Position numbers and translations under genes: made by a program
Part shown: positions 6,958-15,493 of the stretch, one piece after another
How positions within the stretch are numbered: the first letter of the stretch is position 1
How the letters are laid out: every line of letters begins with the position of its first letter
Assembly: GCA_033763575.1 (NCBI GenBank)
Contig: JANRKF010000013.1
Location: forward strand, 81,396-145,395
Source of the DNA: Alphaproteobacteria bacterium
GTDB taxonomy: Bacteria > Pseudomonadota > Alphaproteobacteria > Rickettsiales > SXRF01
DNA length: 64,000 nucleotides
Direction of reading: 5' to 3'
Notes under the pieces: generated by a model
Databases searched by the model: none
Seen by the model: the letters and a program-made list of their open reading frames with translations, nothing else
Told to the model about the DNA's origin: nothing

Positions 6958-9885
6958 ATGAGCGAAGAACCAACCAACAATGACAGCATGGCAGCAGACG
7001 CGCTTACACCCGCAAATACGTCAGCAGACAAAAAGGACGACGCCCCGGCGGATGCGCGGGAGGAAGAAGACCGCGCCGCAAGAGCCCGCGAGGAAGAAGC
7101 GAAAGCAGCGGCTGAGGAATTGGCGCGGGCGAATGCAATCCGACTTGCTATTGCACAAGCAACAAACAGCTTGTATTCATCGCCTGAATCACCTCCCGCC
7201 GATGCACCGCCGCTGCAGACACCAAAAGGACCTGGCCCCGTGATCGAACCACCCGAGGCCGGCGAACCTATCTCCGCGCTCGGATCGATTGCAAATGCCG
7301 AAGGACAAAAAGGCCCGCCTGTGCCTGGGTCACCGAAAGCCCCAACTTCAACCTCTGTGGCAAGCGAAGCAAGTAACGCAAAAATGGATACGGGGGAAGA
7401 ACGAAAACAGCCCGTAGCAAATACAAAAGACGCCCAAGAAGCCGCCGCACAGCTTGAGGCACAAACAAAAACGGCAGGGGCCGCCATCATCACCGATGCC
7501 GCCACCCGCGCCCGCGAGGCCGTGGCAGGGTTTTTCAAAAAACCGTATGAATCGACCGTGCCATCTCCTACCAGAGAAGAGCTTGCGGACATCCAAGTAG
7601 ATATGGCGAGAAAACTGACAGCCGCTGCAGAACGTGCAGAAGGCCCGCCAGCACCGGCATTGCCGGAGCCGCTTACGCCCGCATTGCCCAAATTTGATGA
7701 ATTGAATAACGCAGAATTACTGGATGAGATGCCGAAGCTGGCCGCTCGCCTTAACAGCACACAGGCACAGCTCGAAAACAATAAAAACAACGTAAGGACA
7801 TCGCCACAGCTCCAAGCTGACCTGGATGCCGCCAACGCAGCCTTCGAAGCCGGTATGGCAGAAGTGACCAAACGCGCCGGCGTGCTCTCGGAAAATCAAC
7901 TGCCGATTGTGCAAACGTCCCAAGCGAAAACCGTACAGAGTACGGGCTTCCGCTATGCGCTCCTTACCAATGATGCCAGCGTAAAAGCGCATCAGGACAC
8001 ACTGCTTACCCAGATGACCGAGCATGAGCAGTCACAACAACCTGTCTCCGCGCTTGCCCCCGTAGAAATAGCCGCAAATAATGCGATGATACCGGATGGC
8101 ATTCCACCTTCATCTCCAGCGCCCAAGACTCCAGCGGCGGAAGAATTACCGCCATCTCCTTTGCCGCCGCTGGCTCCTAAGGGAATTGCAACCTCGATTA
8201 AACCGCAACCGGCTACCGTCACTGCCGCCCAAGCGGCAGGCATGGGATTCGCTCCCGCCGCCAATGCAGCCATGCCGCCTGCACCTGCAGTGGTGGTGCC
8301 AGTAGTAACCACACCAACTGCGGCGGCCGTACCCCCAGCCGAGGCTGCACCTGCAACTCCGGCGCCTGCGCTGATTACCAAAATCACGGATGAGAATATC
8401 GACAAAATCACCCGTGCCGATCTGGAGCGGATGGGTCTGGAAGCACCGGAAGGCATGCTGCCGAGCGAACTGGCCGATAAAGACCTTATCAAAGCCGCCC
8501 GCGAAAATCTCGTATCGCACCTGCAGGAGAATATCAGCGAGCAATTGCTGCAAAAAGAGCGCCTGAACAGCGAGCTGAAAGACCTGACGGAAAACAACGC
8601 CTCGATCAGCAAGGAAGAAGCTGCAAGGGTTGCGGCGATCCGCGAGGAAATCAAGGCAATCGACGGAAAGGCCGATGCCGTCAAGGAAGTCTCAGGCATC
8701 AAACTGGAAGCCAGAAAGGTGAACGATGTCGATGCCATTTCCTACGAACTAAAGACCCATGGTAAATTAACGGGCGCGCTGGAAGCAAAACTTACATCCA
8801 TCAAAGAGACGGATATGGATGAACGGCTCGCCGTGCTCTCCGAGCAAGATCGCACAAAACTCAAAGAAGTGATCAATAAGGCGATTACGGACGAGAAGGG
8901 GAAAACCGATGCCGAGGGCGCGCCGAGCGTCAACCAGACGCGCCTGCTCGAACTGCAGAAACTGCAAACCAAGGTGGGGGCTGGCAGCAACACCAGCGAT
9001 TCCACCCAGGCGCGTGACCTTGCCAAGGCCCTGAAAGCCATGAGCGATCAGGAATTACAGGAATACATGGATAGCAGAAGCGCCAAGGAAGTGGGCGAAA
9101 TCGCCCAGGCGCTGCAAAACGAAGTGGATGCCGCGAACGGCGACCGCGAGAAAGGTGGCCTCTACCAACGGCAGCTGGATCGTATGCGCGCCATCAACCC
9201 AGCACTGCAGGTTAGCAACGCCAAGAAAGCGTCCGACTCCATAAACACCAACGTGACCGGTGAAAATGATGATGGGCTGGAAAATGCAAAAATCATCGAT
9301 GCGACCGAACTTGGGGAAGCCATTACAGGATTCAATACGGAACTGGCCAAATTAGACGGCACAAGCGGAATCAGCTCCGCCGATCTCCAGCTTCTGCTGG
9401 CCGAAGGCACTCGCAAGAATGGCCGCTTCCAATTGTCGGAAAAGGCGGTGGATGATCTGAAAGAGATGATCCCGCAAATGCAGAAAAGGGAAGCCGAAGC
9501 CGCCGCCGCAGCAGCAAAATCAGAAGCAGCTCAAGCAGACCGCACGGAAGACATGCGGATGCAACGCGCGATGGACCAATGGGTTGGCAGAGGTTCTCGT
9601 GGTAATGAGGACCTAAAAAATGCGCTCAATGCATTACGGGCGGATATGGTCGATGGCCGTGTTGGCGCTCACCGCGACCTCAATCAGGATGGAGAATTCG
9701 ATTACGAGGATCTGAGAAAATTTCTGGATGAATTTGCAAAACGCAATAACTCGGCAGAAGCCTATCAGGGTTATAATCTCGCCGGCATACAGCGCATCAT
9801 GGACAACACCCAACCCGTAGTCGAAGCGCCATCCACTCCGAATGAGCGCGGGACTGGCAACAGCGGTCCTGCTCGCCCACGCTGA
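6958..9885 (+). CDS. Large hypothetical protein, Pro/Ala-rich and coiled-coil (orphan, effector-like)
   Basis: 975-aa ORF with CAGGAGAATGTTATG context. Acidic N-terminus, PxxP-rich tracts (PPSSPAPKTPAAEELPPSPLPPLAPKG), long coiled coils, and an EF-hand-like loop DLNQDGEFDYEDL (9676-9714). No family recognised. Confidence 0.7.
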   Translation: MSEEPTNNDSMAADALTPANTSADKKDDAPADAREEEDRAARAREEEAKAAAEELARANAIRLAIAQATNSLYSSPESPPADAPPLQTPKGPGPVIEPPEAGEPISALGSIANAEGQKGPPVPGSPKAPTSTSVASEASNAKMDTGEERKQPVANTKDAQEAAAQLEAQTKTAGAAIITDAATRAREAVAGFFKKPYESTVPSPTREELADIQVDMARKLTAAAERAEGPPAPALPEPLTPALPKFDELNNAELLDEMPKLAARLNSTQAQLENNKNNVRTSPQLQADLDAANAAFEAGMAEVTKRAGVLSENQLPIVQTSQAKTVQSTGFRYALLTNDASVKAHQDTLLTQMTEHEQSQQPVSALAPVEIAANNAMIPDGIPPSSPAPKTPAAEELPPSPLPPLAPKGIATSIKPQPATVTAAQAAGMGFAPAANAAMPPAPAVVVPVVTTPTAAAVPPAEAAPATPAPALITKITDENIDKITRADLERMGLEAPEGMLPSELADKDLIKAARENLVSHLQENISEQLLQKERLNSELKDLTENNASISKEEAARVAAIREEIKAIDGKADAVKEVSGIKLEARKVNDVDAISYELKTHGKLTGALEAKLTSIKETDMDERLAVLSEQDRTKLKEVINKAITDEKGKTDAEGAPSVNQTRLLELQKLQTKVGAGSNTSDSTQARDLAKALKAMSDQELQEYMDSRSAKEVGEIAQALQNEVDAANGDREKGGLYQRQLDRMRAINPALQVSNAKKASDSINTNVTGENDDGLENAKIIDATELGEAITGFNTELAKLDGTSGISSADLQLLLAEGTRKNGRFQLSEKAVDDLKEMIPQMQKREAEAAAAAAKSEAAQADRTEDMRMQRAMDQWVGRGSRGNEDLKNALNALRADMVDGRVGAHRDLNQDGEFDYEDLRKFLDEFAKRNNSAEAYQGYNLAGIQRIMDNTQPVVEAPSTPNERGTGNSGPARPR

Positions 9886-9916
9886 GGCTGACCGCTTTAA
9901 ACCCTTGTACATCATG

Positions 9917-9946
9917 AAAAGAGGGGCTAGTTTTAGCCCCTCTTTT
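9917..9946 (+). terminator. Rho-independent terminator
   Basis: aaaagaggggct-agtttt-agcccctctttt hairpin with a T-run, 30 nt after stop 9885. Confidence 0.7.
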
Positions 9947-9972
9947 CGTTTGTGAATGGCGGTTTGAACCTG

Positions 9973-10926
9973 ATGTCTGTTTTGTCTCTTTCCACCCCTC
10001 TGCGCGGCCATGCCGCCGTGGTGCTTTCCCAGCTTGAGCGCGAGATCGCGGCGGGCACGCTCGCTCACGGCATTTTGCTTTGCGGCCCGCAAGGTATCGG
10101 CAAGGCCACGCTCGCCTTCGCGCTTGCCCAAAAACTGCTGGGCGAGGGGGTGGGGGTGGAAGCCCGCATCCGGGCCGGATCGCACCCGGACCTGCTGGTG
10201 ATTTCCCGCCCTTACGACGAGAAAAAAGAGGAATTCGCCAAGGATATTCCGGTGGAGCAGACCCGCAAGATCGCCGAATTCCTGTCGCTCACCGCAGGCG
10301 AGGGCGCGTGGCGGGTGGTGATTATCGACGGCGCCGACGCGATGAATATGAGCGCCGCCAATTCCATCCTGAAAATTCTGGAGGAGCCGCCGCCCAACAG
10401 CGTGCTGATCCTGGTTGCCCATCAGGCCAGCCGCCTGCTGCCGACCATCCGCTCGCGCTGCCGCACCACCCGTGTGGCCCCGCTTTCCGAAGACGATTTT
10501 ACCGAGGTGATGCGCCATGCGCTGCCCGACCTCAGCCGCGAACATGGCCGGCGGCTCGGCGAACTCAGCGATTATGCCCCCGGCCTCGCGCTTACCCTCC
10601 ACGAGCAGGAAGCGCTCGACATGCAGGACCAGATGGAGCTGATTTTTGCCGGGTTGCCGCGCATCGCGCATGAGCGGGTGCTCGCCATGGCCGAACAGGT
10701 CGGCAGCGGCAAGCAGCACGCCAACTGGCAGCTTTTCTCGCGGCTGGCGCTCCACTGGATGGCAAGGCAGGCGCACATTACCGGCAGCAGCCATTGGGCG
10801 GAAGGCTGGCAACAGACCAGCCAGACATTCGCCACTTGCGAAGCGCGGCACCTTGACTATAAATCGGCGGTCATCAGTTTCTTCCACAGCCTGCCCAACC
10901 TCCAACCCACCGCACGTTCCGCATGA
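9973..10926 (+). CDS. holB: DNA polymerase III subunit delta'
   Basis: AAA+ clamp-loader motifs: HGILLCGPQGIGKATLAFALAQ (Walker A-like), VVIIDGADAMN, ANSILKILEEPP, TIRSRC. The start could be GTG 9952 or ATG 9973. Confidence 0.8.
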   Translation: MSVLSLSTPLRGHAAVVLSQLEREIAAGTLAHGILLCGPQGIGKATLAFALAQKLLGEGVGVEARIRAGSHPDLLVISRPYDEKKEEFAKDIPVEQTRKIAEFLSLTAGEGAWRVVIIDGADAMNMSAANSILKILEEPPPNSVLILVAHQASRLLPTIRSRCRTTRVAPLSEDDFTEVMRHALPDLSREHGRRLGELSDYAPGLALTLHEQEALDMQDQMELIFAGLPRIAHERVLAMAEQVGSGKQHANWQLFSRLALHWMARQAHITGSSHWAEGWQQTSQTFATCEARHLDYKSAVISFFHSLPNLQPTARSA

Positions 10927-12590
10927 GCCATTACTACATTACCACCCCGATTTATTATGTGAACGACCGCCCGCATATCGGCCATGCCTATACCTCGGTG
11001 GCGTGCGACGTGCTGGCCCGTTTCAAGCGCCTTTCCGGCGAAAACGTCCGATTTCTGACGGGTACGGACGAGCATGGGCAAAAGGTCGAAAAATCCGCAG
11101 CCGCACAGGGTATCTCCCCACAAGCCATGGCCGATGCGAACTCGCAACATTTCCGGGACATGGCGCAGCTCATGAATATCAGCAACGACGATTTCATCCG
11201 CACCACCGAGCCGCGCCATAAAAAAGCCGCGCAGGCATTATGGAAAAAAATGGCGGATCAAGGCTTCATCACGCTGGGTTCCTATGCCGGGTGGTATGCC
11301 GTGCGCGACGAAGCCTACTATGCCGAATCCGAATTGGTGAACGGCAAAGCCCCCACGGGCGCGGATGTCGAGTGGGTGGAGGAGCCGAGCTATTTCTTCA
11401 CGCTCTCGGAGTTTCAGGACAAGTTGCTGGCGTTTTACGAGGCCAACCCCGGCTTCATCCAGCCCGATTCCCGCCGCAACGAGATCATCAGCTTCGTGAA
11501 GGGAGGCCTTCGGGATTTATCCATCAGCCGCACCACCTTTAGCTGGGGTATTCCAGTGCCAATCACCTCCCCCAATAGGGGGGAGGGAGTACACATCATG
11601 TATGTCTGGCTGGATGCGCTCACCAACTATCTCTCGGCGCTCGGCTACCCCGAAAACACCCCGGAAATGGCCTTCTGGCCGGCCAGCCTGCACATGGTGG
11701 GGAAGGACATCATCCGCTTCCACGCGGTATACTGGCCGGCCTTCCTGATGGCCGCCGATTTGCCACTGCCGAAACAGGTCTTCGCGCATGGCTGGTGGAC
11801 GATCGAGGGCGAAAAAATGAGCAAATCGCTGGGAAATGCCATCGCGCCCGCCGATCTCGTCGCCGAATTCGGCCTCGACCAGACCCGCTGGTTCCTGATG
11901 CGCGAAGTGCCCTTCGGAAACGACGGCAATTTCAGCCGCGAGCGCATGATTACGGTCATTAACAGCGAGCTGGCCAACAATATCGGCAACCTCTGTCAGC
12001 GCACGCTGTCGATGATTGCCAAGAATTGTGATGGGAAAGTGCCAAATTGGAGTAAAAGTTGGGGCAGCAATCCAGACGACATAAAAAAAGCAGTGGAAAG
12101 AGCCTTAGCTCTTCCGCTCGGGGAATATGCTAAATTAACAAAAGAAGAGACTGCAAAACTTGAATCTTTAGCTCAGTTATATGATAGCGGCGGGGTATCT
12201 GCATCTGCTGTAGGAATCCGTGGTATTGATTTTGAAACAATTGCAGATCAAGTAAGCCACTGCCAATTTGATAAATATCTTGGAAATATAATTAAATGGT
12301 CATCTGAGGCAAATGAGTACATTGATAAATACGCGCCTTGGACATTTAAAAAAGAGAGTAAGCTAGAAGAGATGGAAGCTGTCCTTTTCTCCTTAGCTGA
12401 ATCTATTCGTAAAATAGCAATTTTACTTTGGCCAGTAATACCCACCTCTGCCGCTAAGATTCTTGATCAGTTGGCCGTGCCCCCTGCCGAGAGGGGGTTC
12501 AAGCATTTGAGTGCCGAATTCGCCCTGAAACCGGGCACGCCTCTCCCCCCCCCGAGTGGCGTATTCCCTCGCGTGGGGGGCGCGGTGTGA
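10923..12590 (+). CDS. metG: Methionine--tRNA ligase
   Basis: MSHYYITTPIYYVNDRPHIGHAYT (HIGH motif) ...KMSKSLGN (KMSKS motif). ATGA overlap with holB. Contains a short repeat-derived insertion (11563-11592) and an AT-rich 3' segment. Confidence 0.93.
   Translation: MSHYYITTPIYYVNDRPHIGHAYTSVACDVLARFKRLSGENVRFLTGTDEHGQKVEKSAAAQGISPQAMADANSQHFRDMAQLMNISNDDFIRTTEPRHKKAAQALWKKMADQGFITLGSYAGWYAVRDEAYYAESELVNGKAPTGADVEWVEEPSYFFTLSEFQDKLLAFYEANPGFIQPDSRRNEIISFVKGGLRDLSISRTTFSWGIPVPITSPNRGEGVHIMYVWLDALTNYLSALGYPENTPEMAFWPASLHMVGKDIIRFHAVYWPAFLMAADLPLPKQVFAHGWWTIEGEKMSKSLGNAIAPADLVAEFGLDQTRWFLMREVPFGNDGNFSRERMITVINSELANNIGNLCQRTLSMIAKNCDGKVPNWSKSWGSNPDDIKKAVERALALPLGEYAKLTKEETAKLESLAQLYDSGGVSASAVGIRGIDFETIADQVSHCQFDKYLGNIIKWSSEANEYIDKYAPWTFKKESKLEEMEAVLFSLAESIRKIAILLWPVIPTSAAKILDQLAVPPAERGFKHLSAEFALKPGTPLPPPSGVFPRVGGAV
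11563..11592. repeat. Family-1 hairpin (cctccccc-aata-ggggggagg) embedded in frame in metG
   Basis: cacctcccccaataggggggagggagtac encodes ITSPNRGEG between the conserved GIPVP and HIMYVWLDAL blocks. Confidence 0.6.
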
Positions 12591-13366
12591 TGCTGGTTGA
12601 CTCCCATTGCCACCTGAACTTCCCGGACTATAAAACCGACCTTCCGGACGTCATCAAACGGGCGAGGGAGGCGGGGGTTGGGGTCATGCAGACCATCTGC
12701 ACCGAAGTCGCCGAATTCGAGGAAGTTTACGCCATTGCCGAAGCAAACGAGGGAGTTTTTTGCTCCGTGGGAGTGCATCCGAATGATTCCGGTAAGGAAG
12801 AAATCGTTGATTCAAAATGGCTTATCGAGCAATGTTCACGCAAAAAAGTGATCGGCATCGGGGAGACGGGGCTGGATTACCACTACGAAACCACCGACCG
12901 CGAACACCAGAAAAAATCACTATATCAACATATTATAGCAGCTCGTGAAACCGGCGTTCCGCTAATACTCCACACCCGCGATGCCGATGACGATACGGCA
13001 GAGATATTATCCACAGAAATTCCAAAGGGAAATATACGCGGAGTCCTTCACTGCTTTACCTCTTCAAAACAACTTGCTGATAAAGCAGTGGAATTAGGAT
13101 TTTACATCTCCCTTTCCGGAATTATCTCTTTCAAGAACGCTGCCCCCCTGCATGAGGCTATCCGCGATGTTCCGCTGGATCGGCTGCTGGTGGAAACCGA
13201 TGCGCCGTTCCTCGCCCCCATCCCATTTCGCGGAAAACGCAACGAACCGGCCCATGTGGTCCATACCAACCGCATTCTGGCGGGCATTAAAGGCATTTCC
13301 GAGGAGGAGTGCGCCCGCATCACCACCGAGAACTTCTTCCGGCTATTTGACAGGGCGGCGGCATGA
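12587..13366 (+). CDS. tatD: TatD-family metal-dependent hydrolase (DNase)
   Basis: MLVDSHCHLNFPDY..., IGETGLDYHY, LHTRDA, LHCFT, VETDAPFL: all the conserved TatD metal-ligand blocks. GTGA overlap with metG. Confidence 0.88.
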   Translation: MMLVDSHCHLNFPDYKTDLPDVIKRAREAGVGVMQTICTEVAEFEEVYAIAEANEGVFCSVGVHPNDSGKEEIVDSKWLIEQCSRKKVIGIGETGLDYHYETTDREHQKKSLYQHIIAARETGVPLILHTRDADDDTAEILSTEIPKGNIRGVLHCFTSSKQLADKAVELGFYISLSGIISFKNAAPLHEAIRDVPLDRLLVETDAPFLAPIPFRGKRNEPAHVVHTNRILAGIKGISEEECARITTENFFRLFDRAAA

Positions 13367-13372
13367 AGACAC

Positions 13373-13464
13373 GTCATTGCGAGGAGGCAACGCCAACGAA
13401 GCAATCCATCTCTCAACAAGCGGGGGCATGGATTGCCGCGCTCCCGGTGGTCGCTCGCAATGAC
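13373..13464. repeat. Family-2 palindromic element (GTCATTGCGAG...CTCGCAATGAC)
   Basis: gtcattgcgaggaggcaacgccaacgaagcaatccat...atggattgccgcgctcccggtggtcgctcgcaatgac has terminal and internal inverted repeats. Related copies are at 48027-48105, 39212-39284, 24031-24114 and 32050-32114. Confidence 0.75.
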
Positions 13465-13481
13465 GAGAACGGAGCATTATA

Positions 13482-14261
13482 ATGACCCTTAGAGTGACCA
13501 TGCTAGGCTGTGGCAGCTCGGCGGGGGTGCCGTTCATCGGGTGCGATTGCCCGGTCTGCACTTCCAAAGACCCTAAAAACAACCGCACCCGCGTCTCGCT
13601 GTGGATAGAAATAAACGGCAAGAACCTGCTGATCGACAGCTCGCCGGACCTCCGCCAGCAGGCGCTCCGGGAAGGCATGACCAATCTCGATGCCGTGCTC
13701 TATACCCATGATCATGCCGATCACACCCACGGCCTCGATGATCTCCGCTCTTTCAACTACTTATCGGGAGGTCCTCTACCGATTTACGGCGATGCGAAAA
13801 CGCTGGAAATGCTGCAAAAACGCTTTTCTTACGCCTTTCAGGCCAAACCGGAAAACCTCTGGTACCGGCCATGCCTGATGCCGCACACGGTTGTGGATAA
13901 GGATGTGGGCAGTTTTCCGCTTTTTGATACCGAAATAGGGTTTTTCAGGCTGGGTCACGGCAAGTCGAAGACCTATGGCTATCGTATTGGAAATTTTGCT
14001 TATTCGACCGATTGCGATGCCATCGATGACGCCAGTTTTGACGCGCTTTCCGGCCTCGATGTCTGGATTGTAGATTGTCTGCGTCCCGAGCCGTCCTACA
14101 GCCATGCCCATCTGGAACTCACGCTTTCATGGATTGCGCGGGCCAAACCGAAGCGCGCCATCCTCACCCATATGAGCCATGATTTCGACTACGACACCCT
14201 AAAAGCATCATTGCCAGCAGGCGTCGAACCGGGCTATGATGGACTGACCATAAACTTATAG
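13482..14261 (+). CDS. MBL-fold metallo-hydrolase (PhnP-like)
   Basis: LGCGSSAGVP...CxxC...NRTRVSLWIE...LLIDSSPDLRQQ...LYTHDHADHTHGLDDLR (HxHxDH motif). The position after tatD is typical. Confidence 0.8.
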   Translation: MTLRVTMLGCGSSAGVPFIGCDCPVCTSKDPKNNRTRVSLWIEINGKNLLIDSSPDLRQQALREGMTNLDAVLYTHDHADHTHGLDDLRSFNYLSGGPLPIYGDAKTLEMLQKRFSYAFQAKPENLWYRPCLMPHTVVDKDVGSFPLFDTEIGFFRLGHGKSKTYGYRIGNFAYSTDCDAIDDASFDALSGLDVWIVDCLRPEPSYSHAHLELTLSWIARAKPKRAILTHMSHDFDYDTLKASLPAGVEPGYDGLTINL

Positions 14262-14283
14262 AAACTGGGCTGGAGAAGGATAT

Positions 14284-14691
14284 ATGGGATACGCGGAGTA
14301 CGCCGGACTGCCAGCAGCACTTAATAAGAGCGAATTTGCAGTATTTATGAGCGCCCTGAGAGCCGCAATTGAAGCTCACGAAGAACAAACGAAAGATGGC
14401 GACAATATAGGGACTTTAGTGCACCGGATACAATTCATCGGGAAGACTTGTTTTCTCAGGCAACTCGAGAAATTAGAACAGCCCAGTATGGTTAGAATGC
14501 AGGATATCAGCGATGCATTTGACCGTGCGTTTGATCTTTTTATAAGCAGCGCAAGACAAGACGCCAAAATTAGAAACTTATTAAGCGCAATTGATGACTC
14601 TGCTACCATGATGCCCATTCAAACCGAGTATGGCGAATATAAACAAGCGTGGATTAAAGATACATACGAAAAATGCTTGATAACGCCTTAG
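14284..14691 (+). CDS. Hypothetical protein (orphan, AT-richer)
   Basis: 135-aa ORF with GGAGAAGGATATATG context in a low-GC patch. No family recognised. Confidence 0.45.
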   Translation: MGYAEYAGLPAALNKSEFAVFMSALRAAIEAHEEQTKDGDNIGTLVHRIQFIGKTCFLRQLEKLEQPSMVRMQDISDAFDRAFDLFISSARQDAKIRNLLSAIDDSATMMPIQTEYGEYKQAWIKDTYEKCLITP

Positions 14692-14736
14692 ACACACCAT
14701 TATTTTCCATAATATATATTATACGATAAATAGAAC

Positions 14737-15492
14737 ATGACCGAAACCCTTGAATCACTTCTGAACATGCTGTGCAAAACGGTGGCCAGGAGCCAGCAGA
14801 ACGCCCAGCAAACCGTGTATACGCTCACCGACGGGAAAGACGCCAAGCTGGCCTACGATCTGCTGGTGGCGTGCAATGCCGACGTCAAATATTTCGCCGA
14901 TGCAAATGCCGGAAATAAGCTCTATGTGCAGAATGCCTCGCTTGCCGCCTGCGCCGATAAAATCGCCGCTATTCTTGGCTCCGCCACCCTGTTTAAGCAG
15001 ATCAAAAACCTGCTCGACAGCACTGAAAATGCCGGAAACTATAGCCTCTCCTTCATCAACACCGCGCATGGCCGCCAGCTGACGCTGCTGTTGCCGCCGG
15101 AGAAATCGACGGCAAGCAACGCTCCTGCAGCGAAATCCGCCGCGCCGGAAGCCACCCAATCCCCCGTCATGACCTCCCCTCGGCCAAAAACACCAGTACT
15201 GCCCAAAGATGAGGATGCCCTGCTCGCCGGCCCTACGGTCGCCCGCAAAGCCATCCCAAAAAGCTTTAAAGCCAGTGCCACCGAGGAAGACCCGCTGAGA
15301 ACGCGCATCATGCTCTACTTAAGCAGCCGCGTTTTCACCAGCACAGCCTGGACCATGTTCGCATTGCTGATCCTCGCCGTGATTTTCAGCATCATCATCA
15401 CCATACGCGGCTTCCTCTGCCCGGATATCGCAGGCGTGCAGAATGTTCCGGCTTATTGCCCCCGTAAAATCGCCCCACAACAACAGGAATAG
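14737..15492 (+). CDS. Hypothetical tail-anchored membrane protein (orphan)
   Basis: 251-aa ORF with a single C-terminal TM (WTMFALLILAVIFSIIITI). Its stop lies 1 nt before the aroA ATG. No family recognised. Confidence 0.5.
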   Translation: MTETLESLLNMLCKTVARSQQNAQQTVYTLTDGKDAKLAYDLLVACNADVKYFADANAGNKLYVQNASLAACADKIAAILGSATLFKQIKNLLDSTENAGNYSLSFINTAHGRQLTLLLPPEKSTASNAPAAKSAAPEATQSPVMTSPRPKTPVLPKDEDALLAGPTVARKAIPKSFKASATEEDPLRTRIMLYLSSRVFTSTAWTMFALLILAVIFSIIITIRGFLCPDIAGVQNVPAYCPRKIAPQQQE

Positions 15493-15493
15493 C

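Noticed and set aside
9634-10905. 423-aa ORF on the minus strand across holB
   Set aside because: It is antisense to a well-supported holB CDS. Its Arg/Gly/Ala-rich composition is typical of spurious antisense frames in GC-rich DNA, and it has no recognisable motif.
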